A stretch of 64,000 nt of DNA from an uncultured Bacillota bacterium (GCA_963804645.1 CAWDRG010000009.1:288001-352000), one strand, 5' to 3'; counted from the stretch's first letter, positions 10,086-20,704 are shown. The notes: generated by a model not told the origin, from the letters alone. Made by a program: numbers and translations.

Positions 10086-11948
10086 TCACCGCGCGGGCGC
10101 GCGGACCAGCAGGAGAAACGACAAGCCGGGACGCGGCAGCACGACGGCGCCGTCGGACTCGACCAGCGGCGCCGCCGCGCCGCCGGGCCCACCCCACGCG
10201 GCGTCCGCGGAATCGAGGGCCGCGATCCACCGTCCCGGGTCCAGCGGCACCCGCGCCGCCGTCGCGGCGTGATCGAAGTTCACGACCGCCACGGCGGGCG
10301 CCGCCGGCTGGCCGCGACGCACGACGAGCACGCGCGTGCCCTCGAGGACCTCCACGCGCACCGCGTCCCGCGCCGGCGGCGCCAGGGCCGGAAGCGTTCG
10401 CCGCAGCCGGATCAACTCGGTGTAGAAGTCGAGCAGCGCCCGATGCGGCGGCTCGTGCCGGAGCCCGTCGTGCAGTTTGCAGCGCTCGAACGTCGCGGGA
10501 TCTTGCGGATCCGGGACCTCCGCGCCCGCGTCCCACCCGCGGAACTCCTCGCGGCGGCCCCGGCGCACGGCCTCGACGAGATCGGGGTCGCCGTGGCTCG
10601 TGAAGTACAGGAACGGCGCCGGCTCGCCGTACTCTTCCCCCATGAACAGGAGCGGCACGAACGGCGCTGTGAGCACGACCCCCGCGGCGACCTTCAGGGC
10701 CTCGAACGGCACGAGCGCCGCCAGCCGCTCTCCCCCCGCCCGGTTCCCGACCTGATCGTGGTTCTGCGCGGCCACGACGAACCGCTCGCCGCCGAGGTCG
10801 CCGGCCGGCGCCCCGTAGCGGCGGCGCCGGTGCGTCGAGTACTGGCCCGCGAAGACGAACCCCTCCCGCAGCGCCCGGGCCAGATCGGCGGCGCCGCCGT
10901 AATCCGCGTAGTAGCCCCAGCGCTCGCCCGTCAGCAGGACGTGCAGGGCATGGTGCAGGTCGTCGCTCCACTGGGCGTCCAGCCCGTGCCCGCCGTCGCG
11001 GCACGGCCGCACGAACCGGGGGTCGTTGAGGTTGCTCTCCGCGATCACGTGGATCTCGCGGCGGCCGCGCGCCGCCGCGGCGTGCACGGCCTCGGCCAGC
11101 TCTTGCAGAAACGGCCGGGCCGACTGGTCCATGATCGCGTGCACCGCGTCCAGGCGCAGCGCGTCGAAGTGAAACTCCTCGACCCACATCAGCGCGTTTT
11201 CAATGAAGAAGCGGCGGACCTCATCGCTGTCCGGGCCGTCCACGTTGACGGCGGCGCCCCACGGCGTCGTGTGGCGGTCGGTGAAGTACGGACCGAACTC
11301 GCCGAGATAGTTCCCCTCGGGGCCGAGGTGGTTGTACACGACGTCGAGCACCGCGGCCAGCCCGCGGGCGTGGCACGCGTCCACGAATCGCCTGAGGCCG
11401 TCCGGGCCGCCGTACGCGACGTGTGCGGCGAACAGATCCACGCCGTCGTACCCCCAGTTCCGCTCGCCGGGGAACTGGGCCACCGGCATCACCTCGATCG
11501 CCGTCACGCCGAGCGCCCGCAGCGCATCCAGCCGCCCGATCGCGGCGTCGCACGTGCCTTCCCGCGTGAACGTGCCGAGGTGGAGCTCGTAGAGAATGTA
11601 GTCGGCGAGCGGGAGCCCCCGCCACCCCTGATCGGTCCAGGGAAACGCGCGCCCCGCCACCTCCGACGGTCCGTGCACGCCGTCCGGCTGGAGCCGCGAG
11701 GCCGGATCGGGCCGCTCCCGGGCGCCGTCGAGGCGGTACAGGTAGCGCGCGCCCGGCGCCGCGTCGTCGACGACCGCCACGTGGTAGCCGCACCCGACCG
11801 CGGTCATCGCGACCACGCGGTCGCGCGGCGCGACCAGGTGCACGTCCACCGTCCGCGCCTTGGGCGCCCACACGAGAAAGCGCGTCAGGCCGCCGCCGAA
11901 CGCGGCGGCGCCGAGCGGCGCGGCGGGCACGCCGCCGGACGCGTTCAT
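10086..11948 (-). CDS. treZ: Malto-oligosyltrehalose trehalohydrolase
   Basis: PDPASRLQPDGVHGPS, YELHLGTF, NWGYDGV, DVVYNHLGPEGNY, QNHDQVGNR and LFMGEEYGE motifs; ATG overlaps the treS stop. Confidence 0.93.
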   Translation of the reverse strand: MNASGGVPAAPLGAAAFGGGLTRFLVWAPKARTVDVHLVAPRDRVVAMTAVGCGYHVAVVDDAAPGARYLYRLDGARERPDPASRLQPDGVHGPSEVAGRAFPWTDQGWRGLPLADYILYELHLGTFTREGTCDAAIGRLDALRALGVTAIEVMPVAQFPGERNWGYDGVDLFAAHVAYGGPDGLRRFVDACHARGLAAVLDVVYNHLGPEGNYLGEFGPYFTDRHTTPWGAAVNVDGPDSDEVRRFFIENALMWVEEFHFDALRLDAVHAIMDQSARPFLQELAEAVHAAAARGRREIHVIAESNLNDPRFVRPCRDGGHGLDAQWSDDLHHALHVLLTGERWGYYADYGGAADLARALREGFVFAGQYSTHRRRRYGAPAGDLGGERFVVAAQNHDQVGNRAGGERLAALVPFEALKVAAGVVLTAPFVPLLFMGEEYGEPAPFLYFTSHGDPDLVEAVRRGRREEFRGWDAGAEVPDPQDPATFERCKLHDGLRHEPPHRALLDFYTELIRLRRTLPALAPPARDAVRVEVLEGTRVLVVRRGQPAAPAVAVVNFDHAATAARVPLDPGRWIAALDSADAAWGGPGGAAAPLVESDGAVVLPRPGLSFLLLVRAPAR

Positions 11949-14900
11949 CCCGCCGGGGCGCGGGACAGGAGTTCGAGGATGCCGAGCAGCGGGATCCGCA
12001 CCCAGTCGGGCCGGTTGTTCAGCTCGTAGCGCAACTCGTAGACCGCCTTCTCCAAGAGATGCACGTCGAGGAGCACCCGCATGTCCGCGCGGGTCTGCGG
12101 CAGGAACGCGGCGCCGTCGGTCTCGACGAGGTACCCCCGCAGGAACGCCGCGCACACCCAACGCCGCCAGATCCCGAGCCGCGCCTCCAGCGCCGCGCGC
12201 GCGTCCGGATGCGCCGACACGACGCCCCGGGCGGCCTGATCGCGGACGGCCGCGTGCGCCGCGTAGTGAAACGACCGCAGCATCCCCGCGACATCGCGCA
12301 GCGCCGACCGCTTGAGACGGCGCTCGGTGAGCGTGCGCGCCGGCTCTCCCTCGAAGTCGATGATGACGAAGTCCTTGCCGGTGTACAGCACCTGCCCGAG
12401 GTGATAATCCCCGTGGACCCGGATCCTCATCCCCGAGAGTTTGGCCCCCACCACCGCCCGGAAACGCGCGAGCAGCGCGCCCTCCGCGCCGAGCACCTGC
12501 TCGGCCGGGCTCTGCGCGTCGTCGGGCAGCGTCCGCAGCTGCTTCCGGAGGGATAGGAGCGCCTGCTGGACGAGCGCGCGCTCCGACTGGTACAGCGAGC
12601 GCTGATCGTGCGGGGTCATCGGCTCCGGCGCGAACGCCGGGTCGCGCGGGTCCGAGGCCAGCGCGCGGTGCAGCTCGGCCGTACGCAGCCCGAGCAGCCC
12701 GGCGTGGTGCGCGTATTCGCCGATCTCCGCGTAGACGGCGTCAGGCAGCGGCCGCGCGGCCAGCGCGAGGGCATCGTCGTCGGCGTCAAGCGCCGCGTCG
12801 TACGCCCCCGCGGCGAGCGCGCGCTCGCAGTAGTGTCCGAGGGCGTCCAGCGTGTACGTCCAGGCGTCGCCCTCGTTCGGAACGAACTGCAGCAGCACCC
12901 CGAGCGCGGTCGGCTCGCCCTTCAGCGGCCGGTACTCGAGCCCCGCGCCGACCGCCGGCGTCTGGGGGAACGCCGCCCGCTCCGTCAGAAACCGCCCGAT
13001 CTCGAGATCGGGGTGCTGGCCGGGCTCCACACGGCGGAACCACTTCAAGATCGCGCGGTCGCCGTAGAGCACCGAGGTATTGCTCTGCTCGGCCTTCCCC
13101 ACGGTCGGCGGCGGCAGCGGCGGCTCGCCCGTCACGCGCCGCAGCGCGGGCGTGGCCGCGCAGACGATCTCGCCCGCGCGCCCGCGAAACCGGGCCCGCC
13201 GCGCGATCGCATCGAGCAGCGCCGAGCAGAACGCCGGGTCGACGAGCGCGTCGTACAGGACGCCCGCCTCGGCGTCTCCGCCGGGCCGCACCGATGCCAG
13301 TGCCGCGCCGGGCGTGTCTTTCAAGACTTGCGCCGCTCGGTCGCCCGACGCGAACGCGAGCGGCAGCACGTACGTCTCCGGATCACCGTCGACGTACCGC
13401 GCCTGCAGCAGCGCCACGTAGGCGGCCGCGGACGCGTACGGGATCCGGATCGTCTCCCCGAGATGGACCGTCCGCAACGCGCGCGCCTTGCCGCCGAACC
13501 AGCGCCGTCCGCGGAGATAGCCGCCCAGCACCTCCTCGAGCGCCGCACGCAGCGGCGGCTCGAACACTCCCGGCCATCCCGCCGCCCCCGTCACGACGAG
13601 CTCGCGGAGGCTCGGGTCGCCTCCGCCGGACGGGGCCGCCGCGGCCTGCGGCCGCAGCGCGAACCAGTAGAACTCGTGGGGCCCGAGGGTGAGCAGATAC
13701 GGCAGGTCCCCGATCGGCGGAAACTCCGTTTGGCCGAACAGCTCGACCGGCACCAGCCCGCGGCAGTCCGACAGCGGCAGCTCGGCGTACTGGACGAACC
13801 GCGAGAGGTTCGCGACGACGAGGACGAGCTCGTCGTCGTCGCGGCGCAGGAACGCGAGGACTTTGCGGTTGTCCGGGGCCAGCATCTCGAGCGTGCCGCG
13901 TCCGAAGCACCGGTAGCGCTTGCGCAGCGCGATCAGCCGCCGCATCCACCACAAGAGCGAGTGCGGGTTGCCCTGCTGGGCCTCCACGTTCACGGTCTCG
14001 TAGTGGTACTCGGGATCGATCACCACGGGCAGGTACAGCCGCTGGGGATTCGCCCGCGAGAATCCCGCGTTCCGGTCGGGGCTCCACTGCATCGGCGTCC
14101 GCACCCCGTTGCGGTCGCCGAGGTAGATGTTGTCGCCCATGCCGATCTCGTCCCCGTAGTACACGACGGGGGTGCCGGGGATCGAGAACAGGAGGCCGTT
14201 CATCAACTCGATCCGGCGCCGGTGGTTGCCGAGCAGCGGCGCGAGCCGCCGGCGGATCCCGAGGTTGATGCGCGCGTGCGGATCCTGCGCGTACACGCGG
14301 TACATGTAGTCCCGGTCCTCGTCGGTGACCATCTCCAGCGTGAGCTCGTCGTGGTTGCGGAGAAAGAGCGCCCACTGGCACGTCTCCGGAATCGCGGGCG
14401 TCTGCGCGACGATGTCGATGAGCGGGAAGCGATCCTCCATGCGGATCGCCATAAAGAGGCGCGGCATCAGCGGAAAGTGGTAGGCCATGTGGCACTCGTC
14501 GCCGGCGCCGAAGTACGCGCTCGCGTCCTCGGGCCACTGGTTGGCCTCCGCGAGCAGCATGCGGTCCGCGTACCGCTCGTCGATGTACCGCCGGAGTTCC
14601 CGCAGAAACGCGTGCGTCTCGGGAAGGTTCTCGCTCGTCGTGCCGTCCCGCTCGTACAGGTACGGCACCGCGTCCAGCCGCAGCCCGTCCACGCCCTGGT
14701 CGAGCCAGAACGAGACCACGCGCAGCATCGCGCGCCGGACGTCCGGCGACTCGAAGTTCAAATCCGGCTGGTGCGCGTAGAACCGGTGCCAGTAGTACGC
14801 GCCCGCGACCGGATCCAGCGTCCAGTTGGACGCCTCGAAGTCCTTGAAGATCACGCGCGCGTCCCGATACCGGTCCGGCGTGTCGCTCCAGACGTAGAAG

Positions 14901-15325
14901 TTCCGCCAGCGGCTGCCCGCCGGCGCCGTCCGCGCGCGCTGGAACCACGGGTGCCGGTCGGAGGTGTGGTTGAGCACGAGCTCCGTGATGACACGCAGCC
15001 CGCGCCGGTGCGCCTCGCGGAGAAACACGCGAAACGCGGCGAGCGTCCCGTAGTCGGGATGGATCGCGTCGTACTCCGCGATGTCGTAGCCGTCGTCGCG
15101 CAGCGGCGACGGATAAAACGGCAGCAGCCACAGCGCCGTCACGCCGAGGTCCCGGATGTAGTCCAGCTTGTCCGTCAGGCCCGCGAAGTCGCCGACGCCG
15201 TCTCCGTCGCTGTCGTAGAACGCCCGCACGTGGGCCTCGTAAATGATCGCATCCCGGTACCACAGCGGCTCGGGGGCCGACGGGCGGGCGCGCGGCCCGC
15301 GCCGGTTGGGGGACGGCGCCGTCAC
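11945..15325 (-). CDS. treS: Trehalose synthase fused to a C-terminal maltokinase (TreS-Mak/Pep2)
   Basis: N-half: WYRDAIIYE, SPLRDDGYDI, RLDAVPYL, FLRNHDELTLEM. C-half: AEQSNTS, HGDYHLGQVL, DFEGEP, RDVAGMLRSF. GTG start overlaps the glgE stop (GTGA). Confidence 0.94.
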   Translation of the reverse strand: MTAPSPNRRGPRARPSAPEPLWYRDAIIYEAHVRAFYDSDGDGVGDFAGLTDKLDYIRDLGVTALWLLPFYPSPLRDDGYDIAEYDAIHPDYGTLAAFRVFLREAHRRGLRVITELVLNHTSDRHPWFQRARTAPAGSRWRNFYVWSDTPDRYRDARVIFKDFEASNWTLDPVAGAYYWHRFYAHQPDLNFESPDVRRAMLRVVSFWLDQGVDGLRLDAVPYLYERDGTTSENLPETHAFLRELRRYIDERYADRMLLAEANQWPEDASAYFGAGDECHMAYHFPLMPRLFMAIRMEDRFPLIDIVAQTPAIPETCQWALFLRNHDELTLEMVTDEDRDYMYRVYAQDPHARINLGIRRRLAPLLGNHRRRIELMNGLLFSIPGTPVVYYGDEIGMGDNIYLGDRNGVRTPMQWSPDRNAGFSRANPQRLYLPVVIDPEYHYETVNVEAQQGNPHSLLWWMRRLIALRKRYRCFGRGTLEMLAPDNRKVLAFLRRDDDELVLVVANLSRFVQYAELPLSDCRGLVPVELFGQTEFPPIGDLPYLLTLGPHEFYWFALRPQAAAAPSGGGDPSLRELVVTGAAGWPGVFEPPLRAALEEVLGGYLRGRRWFGGKARALRTVHLGETIRIPYASAAAYVALLQARYVDGDPETYVLPLAFASGDRAAQVLKDTPGAALASVRPGGDAEAGVLYDALVDPAFCSALLDAIARRARFRGRAGEIVCAATPALRRVTGEPPLPPPTVGKAEQSNTSVLYGDRAILKWFRRVEPGQHPDLEIGRFLTERAAFPQTPAVGAGLEYRPLKGEPTALGVLLQFVPNEGDAWTYTLDALGHYCERALAAGAYDAALDADDDALALAARPLPDAVYAEIGEYAHHAGLLGLRTAELHRALASDPRDPAFAPEPMTPHDQRSLYQSERALVQQALLSLRKQLRTLPDDAQSPAEQVLGAEGALLARFRAVVGAKLSGMRIRVHGDYHLGQVLYTGKDFVIIDFEGEPARTLTERRLKRSALRDVAGMLRSFHYAAHAAVRDQAARGVVSAHPDARAALEARLGIWRRWVCAAFLRGYLVETDGAAFLPQTRADMRVLLDVHLLEKAVYELRYELNNRPDWVRIPLLGILELLSRAPAG

Positions 15326-17325
15326 GCCGGGCCCCCCGGCTCCACGTGAAAGACGTGCGCGGGCAGCCCCTCGGGGCCCAGCTCGACGTAGTTGCGCGCG
15401 CCGCGCCACTCGTACCGCGCCCCGGTCAGCAGGTCGCGCACCGCGTACGGCGCGTCCGGCGCCAACCCGAGCACGTCGAGGTCGAGCCCCGTCCATCCGG
15501 CGTGGACGCGCGCGGGGTCGAGGTTCACGATGACCAAGACGGCGTCCGCGGACGCCGTCTTGCTGTAGCAGATCAGCTGCTCGTTGTCCACGCGGTGGAA
15601 ATGCAGGCTCCAGTCGCTCCAGAACGCGGCATGGTCGTGGCGCGCGCGGTTCAGCCGGGCGATCAGGTCCATCAGGCTGTCGGACCGCCCGATCTCCCAG
15701 TGCACGAGCTGGTACTTCTCCGAGTCGAGGTACTCTTCGCTGCCCGGGGCCGCCGCGCGGCGCACGCACAGCTCGAACGCCGGCCCGTAGATGCCGTAGT
15801 TCGCGCCGAGCGTCGCGGCGAGCACGAAGCGCGAGAGGAACGCCGGACGCCCGCCCTCCTGCAGGACCGCGTGCAGAATGTCGGGGGTGTTCGGCCACAG
15901 GTTCGGCCGGAAGTACTCGCGGACGGGCGTGGCCGTGAGCTCGGTGAAGTACGCCTCGAGCTCCGGCTTGGTCGTGCGCCACGTGAAGTACGTGTACGAC
16001 TGCGTGAAGCCGAGCTTCGCCAGCCGGTACATCACCTTCGGGCGCGTGAACGCCTCCGAGAGAAAGATCACGTCGGGATAGTCGCGCGCCGTCTCCCCGA
16101 TCAGCCACTCCCAGAACGCGAACGGCTTCGTGTGCGGATTGTCCACGCGGAAGATCCGGACGTCGCGCTCGACCCAGAACCGGACGATGCTCCGCAGTTC
16201 CTCCCACAGCGGGCGCCACCCCGCGGTGTCGAAGTCAAACGGGTAGATGTCCTGATACTTCTTCGGCGGGTTCGTGGCGTACTGCACCGTCCCGTCGGGG
16301 CGGCGGCGGAACCACTCCGGATGCTCGCGCAGGTACGGATGGTCGGCGGCACACTGGTACGCGAGGTCGAGTGCGATCTCGAGCCCGTGCCGCCGGGCGC
16401 TCTCGACGAACCGCGCGAAATCGTCGAGCGTCCCGAGCTCGGGGTGGACGCTCTTGTGCCCGCCCTCGGACGCGCCGATCGCCCACGGGCTGCCGGGGTC
16501 CCCGGGGCCGGCGGTCTCGGCGTTGTTGCGGCCCTTGCGGTGCGTGCGTCCGATCGGGTGAATCGGGGGCAGGTACAGCACGTCGAAGCCCATCGCTGCG
16601 ACGTAGGGCAGCCGCGCCTCGGCGTCGGCGAAGGTCCCGTGGTGTCCCGCCTCCGGCGCGCACGACCGCGGGAACATCTCGTACCACGCCCCGAACCGGG
16701 CGCGGGGCCGGTCGACCTGCACCCCCAGCTGCCGTTCGTACGTGGCCGCGCGCTCGCGATCCGGATGGCTCGCCATCAGCGCGGCGAGTTCGTCCGAGAG
16801 CGCGGCCCGGACGCCCTCGTCGCCCCCGCGCCGCAGCAGATCCGCGTACGCGGCGAGCCTGGGCGCGTCGGCATTGTTGCCGCGCCGCCCCGCGGCGCGG
16901 ACCAGCGTCGAGCCGATCTCGAGCTCGACGTCCGCATCCTGCCTCGCCGCGACGATGCGGCGCAGGTCCCGGGACCACGACGCGAAGCGGTCGACCCACG
17001 CCTGCAGCGTATAGCGGTACCGGCCGACGTCCGACACCGTGAACGCCCCCTGCCAGCGGTCGTTGTCGACGAGCGTCATGGGAGCCTCGGTCCACCGCGA
17101 CGTCTCGTCGCGCCGGTACTGGAGGACGGCGCCGAGCAGCTCGGGCCCGTCGGCGAAGATGTCGGCCTCGACGATCACCTGCTCCCCCACCGTGCGCTTG
17201 ATCGGGAACCGCCCGCAGTCCACTTCGGGTTCCACGCGCTCGATGACGACGCGGGACGCATTGTCCACTGTTGTCACCCTACCCTTGCCGGCCTCCGACC
17301 CGCGGGGCCGCTTGGTCGTTGCCAC
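15322..17325 (-). CDS. glgE: Alpha-1,4-glucan:maltose-1-phosphate maltosyltransferase
   Basis: WYEMFPRS, YLPPIHPIG, GSPWAIG, NPPKKYQDIYP, FRVDNPHTKP, SEAFTRP and NTPDIL motifs; start could be a GTG ~48 nt downstream. Confidence 0.94.
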   Translation of the reverse strand: MATTKRPRGSEAGKGRVTTVDNASRVVIERVEPEVDCGRFPIKRTVGEQVIVEADIFADGPELLGAVLQYRRDETSRWTEAPMTLVDNDRWQGAFTVSDVGRYRYTLQAWVDRFASWSRDLRRIVAARQDADVELEIGSTLVRAAGRRGNNADAPRLAAYADLLRRGGDEGVRAALSDELAALMASHPDRERAATYERQLGVQVDRPRARFGAWYEMFPRSCAPEAGHHGTFADAEARLPYVAAMGFDVLYLPPIHPIGRTHRKGRNNAETAGPGDPGSPWAIGASEGGHKSVHPELGTLDDFARFVESARRHGLEIALDLAYQCAADHPYLREHPEWFRRRPDGTVQYATNPPKKYQDIYPFDFDTAGWRPLWEELRSIVRFWVERDVRIFRVDNPHTKPFAFWEWLIGETARDYPDVIFLSEAFTRPKVMYRLAKLGFTQSYTYFTWRTTKPELEAYFTELTATPVREYFRPNLWPNTPDILHAVLQEGGRPAFLSRFVLAATLGANYGIYGPAFELCVRRAAAPGSEEYLDSEKYQLVHWEIGRSDSLMDLIARLNRARHDHAAFWSDWSLHFHRVDNEQLICYSKTASADAVLVIVNLDPARVHAGWTGLDLDVLGLAPDAPYAVRDLLTGARYEWRGARNYVELGPEGLPAHVFHVEPGGPA

Positions 17326-17559
17326 GGGGAACGGCCGGGACGGATTCGTCGCGACGGCCCTGGCGCCGTCAGTGGGTACGCCGGGCGCAAAGCCATGACC
17401 TTCTCCCGCCGCGCCGGCGCGTCACGCCGGGTATCCGAGAGACATACGGGGCGTCATCGGGACCGGAACAGGCCGGACGCAGCCGCGGCACCAACCCCGG
17501 TGCCATTGTACCCGGGTTCACAATCGATGAGTCAACGGCGGGCCCCGCGGCTCCACGTC

Positions 17560-17740
17560 GTCGCCCCACGACTATACCGCCGCGAGAGGTGGCGCTCCAC
17601 GAGGCCGATGCTCAGATCGTCCGCTCGACCTTCGCCCCACTGCTCGAAAACCGCGGCAGGGCGGGTATCGTACGCGAGCTGGCGCATCGCGGCATTCCAT
17701 CGCCATCTCGGACGGCTGGACACGGGCGACACGACTAGCA
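17560..17740 (+). pseudogene. Possible decayed fragment of a large serine recombinase 'recombinase' domain
   Basis: Across shifting frames: APRLYRR / LHEADAQIVRSTF...IVRELAHRGIPSPS / GWTRAT, resembling PYGY...EAEIVR.IF...IARELN.RGIP...W. Judged by eye only. Confidence 0.35.
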
Positions 17741-17971
17741 GACACAGGCGGCTCGCGACGCTCGCGCTCGACTCGATCACGTGGCCGGCATGCTCACCCA
17801 CGGCGCATCGCCAAACCGGACGTCCGGGTGAAGATCGGGCGCCCGCCCGATGGCCGCCGGATGGAGACCCGATATCCTGAAACCGAGATGCTCGGGCGCC
17901 GCGGCGTCGGGCCTGAGGCTGGCGTTGAGTCTAAGCTCATGACGATCATGCTGCGCCATGAGGTCGAGACG

Positions 17972-20692
17972 ATGAGCGAACACCGCGCGGTGACCACCGG
18001 CTTGACCCGCCGCTCCCTACTCAAGACCACGGTGCTGGGCGGCGGCCTGTTCGCGCTCCAGAAGCTCAACTGGGCCTACGCGCAGGGCGCCGCTCCGCCG
18101 GCATGGGTGTCGCGGTACAGCTACACGAGCTGGGAGGACCTGTACCGCGCCGGGTGGGTGTTCGACCATGCGGGGCGCACCAGCCACACCGTCAACTGCA
18201 CCGGGAGCTGCAGCTGGAAGGTGCTGGTGAAGAACGGGATCGTGTGGCGCGACGAGCAGGCCGCGGACTACCCGGCCATCGGGCCGGACCTGCCGGACTA
18301 CAACCCGCGCGGCTGTCAAAAGGGCGCCTGCGCGTCGGACTACCAGTACGGCCGGCAGCGGGTGAAGTACCCGCTCAAGCGCGTGGGGCCCCGCGGCTCG
18401 GCCAAGTGGCAGCGCATCTCGTGGGATCAGGCGCTGTCCGAGATCGCCGACAAGCTCCTGGACATCATCCATGAACGGGGCCCGGAGTACATCTTTGCCT
18501 TCTCACCGGTCCCGGCCACGAGCGTAGTGAGCCAGGCCGCCGGCTACCGGCTGATGAACCTGCTCGGCGGGGTCGGCTGCTCGTTCTACGACTGGTACTG
18601 CGATCTCCCGCCCGGTGAGCCCATGGTGTGGGGAGTGCAGACCGACACCTGCGAGTCGGCCGACTGGTACAACAGCCGCTTCATCATCGCGTGGGGCTCC
18701 AACGTCAATGTCACCCGCATCCCCGACGCGCAAATATTACAGAAGGCCCGGTGGCGCAAGGGGACCAAGGTCGTGACGATTAGCCCCGAGTACAGCCCGA
18801 CGGCCGCCCGGTCCGATCAGTTCGTCCCCGTCCGCCCGGGCACCGACGGCGCCCTCGCCGCGGCAATGGTGAACGTGATGCTGCAGGAGAACCTGTACGA
18901 CGCGCCCTACGTGCAGGAGCAGACCGACCTGCCCTTCCTCGTGCTCAAGGACAGCGGCCTGTTCCTGCGGGACGCCGACCTGCGGCCCGGCGGGCGCGCC
19001 GACGTCTTCTACGTCTGGGACAAGACGCGCGGACCTGTCGCGGCCCCGAAGGATTCGCTCGCGCTGCGGGGCCTGGAGCCGGTCCTCGAGGGCAACTTCT
19101 CGGTCACGACTACCGAGGGACCGCGCGCGATCACCACCGTGTTCAGCCTGCTCAGGGCGGAGCTGGCGCAGAAGACACCGGAGTGGGCCGCCGGCGTCTC
19201 GGGCGTCCCGGCGGACGTGACGCGGCGTCTCGCGCGCGAGTTCGCCGGGGCCAAGCCCGCGATGATCATCCTCGGCATGGGCGTGAACCACTGGTACCAC
19301 AACGACCTGACCAACCGCCTCCTCATTCTCCTGGCCGCGCTCACGGGGAATGTCGGCAAGAGCGGAGGCGGACTCAACGCCTACGCGGGCCAGGAGAAGG
19401 TCTGGCCGGCCGCCGGGCTGCGGGCCCTGACGTATTCGCTCCCGCAGCGCTTCCAGAACACGACGATGTGGGCCTACTGGCACGGCGAGATGTGGCGCGA
19501 CGACGCCCTCTGGCCGGAGCTGAAGCCCTACTGGGACGAATCCCTGAAGAGCGGGTGGATGCCGCTGTGGCCCAAGGGGGGGACGGACGCGCCGAAGGCG
19601 ATCTTCTTCTGGCGCGCCAACTGGATCAGCCAGGCCAAGGGGAATCTCCGAATTCTCAGCACGCTGCTGCCCAAGCTCGACCTGATCGTGGCGCTGGACT
19701 TCCGCATGTCCTCGACCGGCCTCTACGCCGACTACGTGCTCCCCGCCGCGACGTGGGCGGAAAAGTACGACCTCAGCATGACCGACATGCACTCCTTCAT
19801 CCACCCGTTCACCCCGGTCGTGCAGCCGTTCGCCGAGGCGAGGAGCGACTGGCAGGCGTTCGGCGCGCTCGCCCAGCGAATCGCGGAACGCGCCGCGGCG
19901 CGCGGCCTGAGCCGGTACACCGACACGATCGCGGGGACCACGATCGAGCGTGATTTCTCGACGCTGGGCGCGCAGTTCACGCTGGGCGGGAAGATCGCCG
20001 CGGACCGCGACGCGGCCCAGTACATCCTGGACAACGCGCCGGAAACCAACGGGTACACGATGGCCGATCTGATCCGCCGTCCTCAGCGCTTCAAGGCCGC
20101 AAGCTCGCAGTGGACCAGCGAGATCGAAGACGGGGTGGCCTATGCGCCCTTCAAGCGCTTCGTCGTCGGGAAGCAGCCATGGCCGACGCTAACCAACCGC
20201 CAGCAGTTCTATCTCGACCACCCCTGGTTCCTCAAGCTCGGGCAGACGCTGCCGACCTATCTGCCGCCGCTGACCGTCGACAACTACCCGCTGTGGCTGA
20301 ACAGCATGCACGCCCGTCACGCGATACATTCGACGTGGTGGATGAACGACCGGCTGCAGCGCCTGCAGCGCGGCGAGCCGCTGGTCCTCATCAATCCCGA
20401 GGACGCCCATGAGCGCGGCATTACGGATCACGACCGGGTGAAGGTCTACAACGGCTACGGCTGGTTCGTGGCGTGGGCCAAGCTCTATCCGCCGGCGCCA
20501 AGGGGGCAGCTCACCGCGCCGCACGGCATGGAGATGGCGCAGTTTCCGATGCGGCGCAACCATCAGGCAGTCGTCATCGCCCGCGTGAACCCCATCCAGC
20601 TGGTGCAGTATGGCCACCTGCGGTTCGCGCCCAACTACTGGGGCCCGACCGGCGTCGAGCGCGACGTCCGGGTCCAAGTGGCAAAGTTCTAG
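17972..20692 (+). CDS. Type II DMSO-reductase-family molybdoenzyme alpha subunit with Tat signal (periplasmic NarG/PcrA/SerA/EbdA-like)
   Basis: TRRSLLK twin-arginine motif; FS0 motif HTVNCTGSC...YNPRGCQKG; Asp-ligand region SFYDWYCDLPPG; TRIPDA; YADYVLPAATWAEK; ~906 aa. Confidence 0.92.
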   Translation: MSEHRAVTTGLTRRSLLKTTVLGGGLFALQKLNWAYAQGAAPPAWVSRYSYTSWEDLYRAGWVFDHAGRTSHTVNCTGSCSWKVLVKNGIVWRDEQAADYPAIGPDLPDYNPRGCQKGACASDYQYGRQRVKYPLKRVGPRGSAKWQRISWDQALSEIADKLLDIIHERGPEYIFAFSPVPATSVVSQAAGYRLMNLLGGVGCSFYDWYCDLPPGEPMVWGVQTDTCESADWYNSRFIIAWGSNVNVTRIPDAQILQKARWRKGTKVVTISPEYSPTAARSDQFVPVRPGTDGALAAAMVNVMLQENLYDAPYVQEQTDLPFLVLKDSGLFLRDADLRPGGRADVFYVWDKTRGPVAAPKDSLALRGLEPVLEGNFSVTTTEGPRAITTVFSLLRAELAQKTPEWAAGVSGVPADVTRRLAREFAGAKPAMIILGMGVNHWYHNDLTNRLLILLAALTGNVGKSGGGLNAYAGQEKVWPAAGLRALTYSLPQRFQNTTMWAYWHGEMWRDDALWPELKPYWDESLKSGWMPLWPKGGTDAPKAIFFWRANWISQAKGNLRILSTLLPKLDLIVALDFRMSSTGLYADYVLPAATWAEKYDLSMTDMHSFIHPFTPVVQPFAEARSDWQAFGALAQRIAERAAARGLSRYTDTIAGTTIERDFSTLGAQFTLGGKIAADRDAAQYILDNAPETNGYTMADLIRRPQRFKAASSQWTSEIEDGVAYAPFKRFVVGKQPWPTLTNRQQFYLDHPWFLKLGQTLPTYLPPLTVDNYPLWLNSMHARHAIHSTWWMNDRLQRLQRGEPLVLINPEDAHERGITDHDRVKVYNGYGWFVAWAKLYPPAPRGQLTAPHGMEMAQFPMRRNHQAVVIARVNPIQLVQYGHLRFAPNYWGPTGVERDVRVQVAKF

Positions 20693-20704
20693 GGGAGGTG
20701 GGCC

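Noticed and set aside
15326..16219. N-terminal extension making TreS 1,424 aa
   Set aside because: Overlaps glgE in another frame; the GTGA junction at 15322-15325 gives the natural start.
12608..17880. Very long plus-strand ORFs (913 aa, 844 aa) and many similar ones across the window
   Set aside because: Antisense or alternate-frame shadows of well-supported genes, Arg/Ala/Gly/Pro-rich, expected at this GC content.
17926..17941. TTGAG-N6-CTCAT palindrome upstream of the molybdoenzyme as an FNR/CRP box
   Set aside because: Spacing and half-sites match neither TTGAT-N4-ATCAA nor TGTGA-N6-TCACA; single weak instance.
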